Positions 36,679 to 42,176 of a stretch of 42,176 bases of DNA are shown here, one piece after another. The notes under the pieces are model-generated. The model did no database searches and had not been told where the DNA came from. It worked only from the letters and a program-made list of their open reading frames with translations. This stretch comes from Tubiluchus corallicola. Its lineage: Eukaryota > Animalia > Priapulida. The stretch lies in assembly GCA_030141605.1 (NCBI GenBank), contig JAQGDQ010000102.1, positions 1 through 42,176 on the forward strand, read 5' to 3'. The stretch's first letter is position 1. Each line of letters begins with the position of its first letter. The position numbers and the translations under genes are program-made.

Positions 36679-36951
36679 GGTTTCTAAGTAGGAAATCACG
36701 ATGTCTTGGAGAGATTATCCAATATTAGCCTTTTATTGCTTTAGCATGTTTTAAAATGTATACTTTTTGCCGTCATTCAAATGGGATAGGATATGAAAAA
36801 TCATCCTGTTCTGCTTAAATGAAACTATGTCTTATGATAAAATTCATTATTACATATATATATATAAATTTTGTTGGTAGAAGTTACACTTAGCCTATAA
36901 TAAAGTTGCTTTTTTTAAATAATTTATGTGGCTCACGTAAACATAACCTAT

Positions 36952-37377
36952 TTAAAGGACAAAAGCATCTAAATCATTTAATTCTGCGAAAGCGAAAACT
37001 CAAGTACAGTTCTACAGTACAATGTTGAGTGTGATGCACAAATCCCTGCATATTTTAATTTTAAAATCAAATTTTTAAATTTGCCGCTGTGCTTACGCAT
37101 AAACTCGCAAACGTGAACCACACTGAACTGCGAGGTAGAACACCTTTTTTTCTGCACTGCGTTTCCAAGATGCTGCCATTGGTACTCATCTAACTAGAGA
37201 AAGGCAAAATGCATGTAACCGCGAAGAACAAACTGCGAGAACGAGAACTTAGGTTTCTGCCTTCAATAATTTCTTCGCGGAAATCATTCTTGAAAAAAAT
37301 ACTAAGTTCCACTTCAATGTTTTACAGGGTAGATTGTTTTCAGCTATAGTTTGAGATTAGATTCGGTTTGCCTTTAA
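36952..37377 (-). mobile_element. Second copy of the Kolobok-like element
   Basis: The reverse complement begins TTAAAGGCAAACCGAATC, aligns with 20573-20995 and ends GTCCTTTAA. Confidence 0.65.
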
Positions 37378-37627
37378 TAACAATAACTACAATAATAATA
37401 ATTATACAACTAACAATAGGCGAATTAATCAATCTTTTGCAGTCATCATGGGCAAAATGAACATAAACTGATAAGGAAGCTGAAGACTTAGAAGTTACCG
37501 CATGAACTGATGAAGCAATTGGAGCTTTCTAGGAATACGGTGGAATAACGTTGTGCAAAATGTACTGTAAACAATCATATTGACAGTTAAAGGAAAACAA
37601 CTTTTATTTTACACGGCAATCTAAAGT

Positions 37628-38930
37628 AATTATTATTATTATTATTATTATTATTCTTTATTTAAAAAATAAATATACAAGAAAGTGTCCCTGTATTAGC
37701 AGGGAGTTGTTCTATCTGTAAATAAAGTTTGAATATTTTAAGACATAGATATAGAGTTACATAAATAAAAAGTTGACTGATAATATTACACAAACGTACA
37801 CGGCTTTGATTTATAATTAAATAAAGCTGACTGGTACATAACACTAATGCAGACTACATTTACCATGTTGATTATACAATACTAATATACCTAATTTGTT
37901 TAACGGAAATTTCAATACAAACCTACAAAATTACATGAAAAATAGATTGACAGATACCAAAACAGACACGAGTCAGTCAGTAATTTAAATTGAACAAAGC
38001 TTGCTTACATATATAATTAGCACAAGGTTTAATTTCAATTTCGTTTGTGAAAAGACGGATAATTTAATCATGTTTAGTTAGACACACATTTCATTTCACA
38101 GATACTGAATTTTACGGAATATAGACGACATATTATATATTTCACTGACGCAATGACAAATACATTTATGCCTGTATTTATATCATAATGACGACACTCG
38201 AATCTATTTCATTTAACAGGGCTGTCTAACATAAAAGAATTACAACACAATACAATTTCCAGGTCAGAGATAAGATAAAATTGTCTTTAATTAAATTAGC
38301 AAAAGCAGCAACAGAACTATTATTTCTAGTTAAAAAGACGTAATCTGCATCGAAAGTTGACAAAGTGTTAATAAAATCATTCCTTGATTTTTTATCAACT
38401 AACTTGCAATCAAATAGCAGGTACTGAATGGTTTGAGGGATTTCTTTACAACTACACATGCCGTCAGGTACATAACCAAGTTTAAAATGAATTCTTTAAA
38501 ATTTCCTTGCTAAAGTAACAAGCTTAGTGCTAATACTTCTAGCTGTCTTTTGCCCGCAGGAATTAGGATCTGTTTATGTGCATTAAAAACTCTTTCTGGG
38601 TTTACACCAGAATTTGCACATTGATACCTGTGGCGACATCTGTTTGACCATAAGTACATTACATATTTATCTATGACACATTTACTGTGTCATAGACGTA
38701 TATTACTGTACTGTATATTAGCTTAGGTGTTGGAGAAGAGGCTAGATTTACATTATGCCAATTGTAGTTTTTGCATTCTTTTGAGAATTCTCCAGTGAGC
38801 GAAGTGATTGTGACTGAGTTCAGGACTTGAATGAATGTGTATTAAATGTTTCTTTGCAAGATTTGGACGAATTTTGCAGCAACACTGTTGAAGATAATGT
38901 CAAGAAGCGGCAAGCCGCAAATTAATTCAA
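37628..38930 (-). mobile_element. Degenerate non-LTR retrotransposon (I/Nimb-like) 3' portion
   Basis: Minus-strand remnants are ELICGLPLLDIIF..AAKF (about 38865-38928) and the zinc-knuckle remnant FKLGYVPDGMCSCKEIPQTIQYLLFDCK (CCHC with H replaced by Y, about 38403-38486). A possible (AAT)n tail lies at 37628-37655. Confidence 0.6.
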
Positions 38931-39616
38931 ATTTGTCACAAGAGGGATGAAAATTGCAGCCCGTCGCTGTTTTCATGACGATGACGTATATGAAATCGTC
39001 AAATCTCATATACTAAAGTGAAAAATATTGAAATAGAACATATAGTTTCTTCTTAAGATTAATGATTGTTAAATTTGTTTCTGCGCTAAAAAGGTACTAC
39101 AGTTTTGCTCAAAAGTACTATATGAAGTAATTTGTTTTTCTAATGTGTCAGTTAATATGCTGAATAACTCACAGTAACTCAAGGGACTCGGTAATTACTC
39201 AAACGCTGTACGCCTCTGGGTTTTATAGATAAATACTAACTTTTACTGTGAAATAGAAATTTAATGAAGCCCCCGAGAGATGGCGAAACTATCCACTCCT
39301 ACCTTACGCTCTACGTCACGATTATTGAATTTCTTCAGTTTTGTTGTAGAGTTACAGCGCAAATTCCTATCGCTTGTTTTAATGACAGAGGTGCCTTCTG
39401 CAATTGACTGACAAAATTTTTGTTGTTTCCATGTAAAAATAATTTTAAACTATTATATTTTGCTGAAAAACATTGAGGATTTGATAAAAACAGCATAACA
39501 ATAAAAGATAGTTGTGCAGCTTACGTAGATTTCTAGTGAATATAAAAACAAAACATCGTTCAAACTATCCCACTCTCGGCCCCAGAGCTTTAACAATATA
39601 ATAGCAATAATATGTG

Positions 39617-39745
<129 letters not shown>

Positions 39746-41176
39746 TTCTCTTTCTCCCATTTCACACAAAAAACGAGCGTTGTATGTGTCTAGGTGTCTA
39801 TAATTCTGACTATATGTTCAAACAGTTCATTAAAACAACAAAAAAGATGATACCCCAACGTAAAGATTGCTCGTTTCTAAATTTTTCTTTTATGAGAAAC
39901 TTTTGCAATCACTGCAACTAACAACTCAGATAACTGTTTTGCCGCGCTCGCACACAAATTACGTCTGCTATTGTTCAAAATGTCTTTTTGTCTCACATGC
40001 ACAACATATACGCTTAATCAATAAGCCCTTGTGGCCTGCTACCTTTCAATATGATAATCTGCTTTCTAATCAGGCTTAATAAGAATAAGACTTATTTACA
40101 CGTGCAGTTTGTAAACAGAAATCTAAGCTTCTCGAAGCGTCAGCATGTAAAGATTTAGATTTGTGAATCCGGAATGTTGGTTTGGGTTCCACAGCGCATG
40201 CGTTGGCACTTGCACCCGCGCTCAGTCACAATCGTAGTAATCCCGTGTACATTATTCGTGCCTTTTCTATGAAACAAACAGTTCTAGTACTAAGCAGAGC
40301 ACTTACAGTGTAAGTTTCAGTGCTAGGCACATTTGGTATTTTAACCTTGTAAAACTGGTAGTTAAGTAACTATTATTTTGCCAGCTACTTAATTATGATG
40401 ATTACTGGTTACCTATTTAATATGTCCGCCTAACCGGAATAATAATGACGAACACAACTGTAGCCGGCGTAATTTAAAAAGTGCGTGAGCGTCATCAGAA
40501 AATGTCTTCGTCGTTACGGTCGCCTCCAGGACTTGTTAAGAATAAATTACCCAAAATCAAACGATGTTAAAACGATGCGTACACGGCCAATGTTTGCTAA
40601 TGGTTGTAAACTTCGTCTGTTTACAAAGTTGTACTGTTTATAACAGTGTATGATTTTGATAGGTCAGTAAATATCGGCAGTGTTGTGGGTAATGTTCGGT
40701 TTTGTGTTATTACGCCACAGATGGAAAATGCCCTTTACGCGTGGCTTCAGAACTTAGAATTCATAATGGTGAGATAATGATTAACAAATTCACAAGTATT
40801 TCATGTTGAATGTATCCCTAACAAGGGTTAAAGAGTGAAAGAACTGAGTGAAAGAATACATTTTCGACAAAAAGAATTGGGAAGATCTACAATAAATTCA
40901 AGCCCTACAGGTTAGCTGGTGTAAGTATATCTTTTGAAACGTTGTATTTTCCGAAAACATTTTTTCATTTTCACGCTTAAATTTTAGAGATTTTTTAAAA
41001 AGATCAGCGTATATTCGTAGTAGTGTTGTACTGAGCCTTGTAAAAATCATTATCGCACTGTTGCCAAGAAAACATTTAGAAATTAATTGCATGAACGTAT
41101 TCGATACTGCACGCCCACGCCCTCTTCAACGTGATTGCTTTAGTATTACTCGCAATAACGATAGCAGTTATTGCCT

Positions 41177-42176
41177 GGATTTCCAAACACAGTGCTATCA
41201 GCATTGTTTGTTGCTAGGAAAATTGTAGGAGTAGAGTTAGGATTTCCAAACACAGTGCTAGCAGCATTGTTTGTTGCTAGGAAAATTGTAGGAGTAGAGT
41301 TGGGATTTCCAAACACAGTGCTAGCAGCATTGTTTGTTGCTAGGAAAATTGTAGGAGTAGAGTTGGGATTTCCAAACACAGTGCTAGCAGCATTGTTTGT
41401 TGCTAGGAAAATTGTAGGAGTAGAGTTGGGATTTCCAAACACAGTGCTAGCAGCATTGTTTGTTGCTAGGAAAATTGTAGGAGTAGAGTTGGGATTTCCA
41501 AACACAGTGCTAGCAGCATTGTTTGTTGCTAGGAAAATTGTAGGAGTAGAGTTGGGGATTTCAAACACAGTGCTATCGTTGTTTGTTGCTAGGAAAATTG
41601 TAGGAGTAGAGTTGGGATTTCAAACACAGTGCTAGCAGCATTGTTTGTTGCTAGGAAAATTGTAGGAGTAGAGTTGTTTCCAAACAAGTGCTAGCAGCAT
41701 CTAGGAAAATTGTAGGGTAGAGTTGGGATTTCCAAACAGTGCTAGCAGCATTGTTTGTTGCTAGGTGTGGAAGAGTTGGGATTTCCAAACACATAGCAGC
41801 ATTGTTTGTTGCTAGGTAGGAGTAGAGTTGGGATTTCCAAACACAGTGCTAGTCAGCATTGGTTGCTAGGAAAATTGTAGAGTAGAGTTGGGATTTCCAA
41901 ACACAGTGCTAGCAGCATTGTTTGTTGCTAGGAAAATTGTAGGAGTAGAGTTGGGATTTCCAAACACAGTGCTAGCAGCATTGTTTGTTGCTAGGAAAAT
42001 TGTAGGAGTAGAGTTGGGATTTCCAAACACAGTGCTAGCAGCATTGTTTGTTGCTAGGAAAATTGTAGGAGTAGAGTTGGGATTTTCAAACACAGTGCTA
42101 TCAGCATTGTTTGTTGCTAGGAAAATTGTAGGAGTAGAGTTGGGATTTCCAAACACAGTGCTAGCAGCATTGTTTG
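41177..42176. repeat. 63-bp tandem satellite, about 16 copies, running off the window end
   Basis: Unit GGATTTCCAAACACAGTGCTAGCAGCATTGTTTGTTGCTAGGAAAATTGTAGGAGTAGAGTTG, with an indel-rich patch at about 41555-41890. Confidence 0.97.

Noticed and set aside
41146-42156. 21-aa repeat ORFs
   Set aside because: They are translations of a 63-bp satellite, with frameshifts in the middle and no unique domain or splice support.

Overview
This is AT-rich, repeat-dense eukaryotic (probably invertebrate animal) genomic DNA, not prokaryotic. The only well-supported protein-coding gene is a two-coding-exon Golgi carbohydrate 6-O-sulfotransferase of the CHST1-7 family on the + strand (30264-30393 joined to 34359-35545, about 438 aa). 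The rest consists of tandem arrays (52, 40/44, 24, 61-62, 63 and 13-14 bp units), microsatellites, decayed non-LTR retrotransposon fragments and non-autonomous DNA transposons. The most unusual structure is in the sulfotransferase intron at 33018-34266. An inverted repeat of about 80 bp carries, in each arm, a minimal type-I hammerhead ribozyme motif, and the two copies differ by compensatory base-pair changes. Between the arms lie about 45 tandem copies of a 24-bp unit that is exactly the 5' half of that ribozyme. All calls come from reading the sequence by eye; no searches were run.
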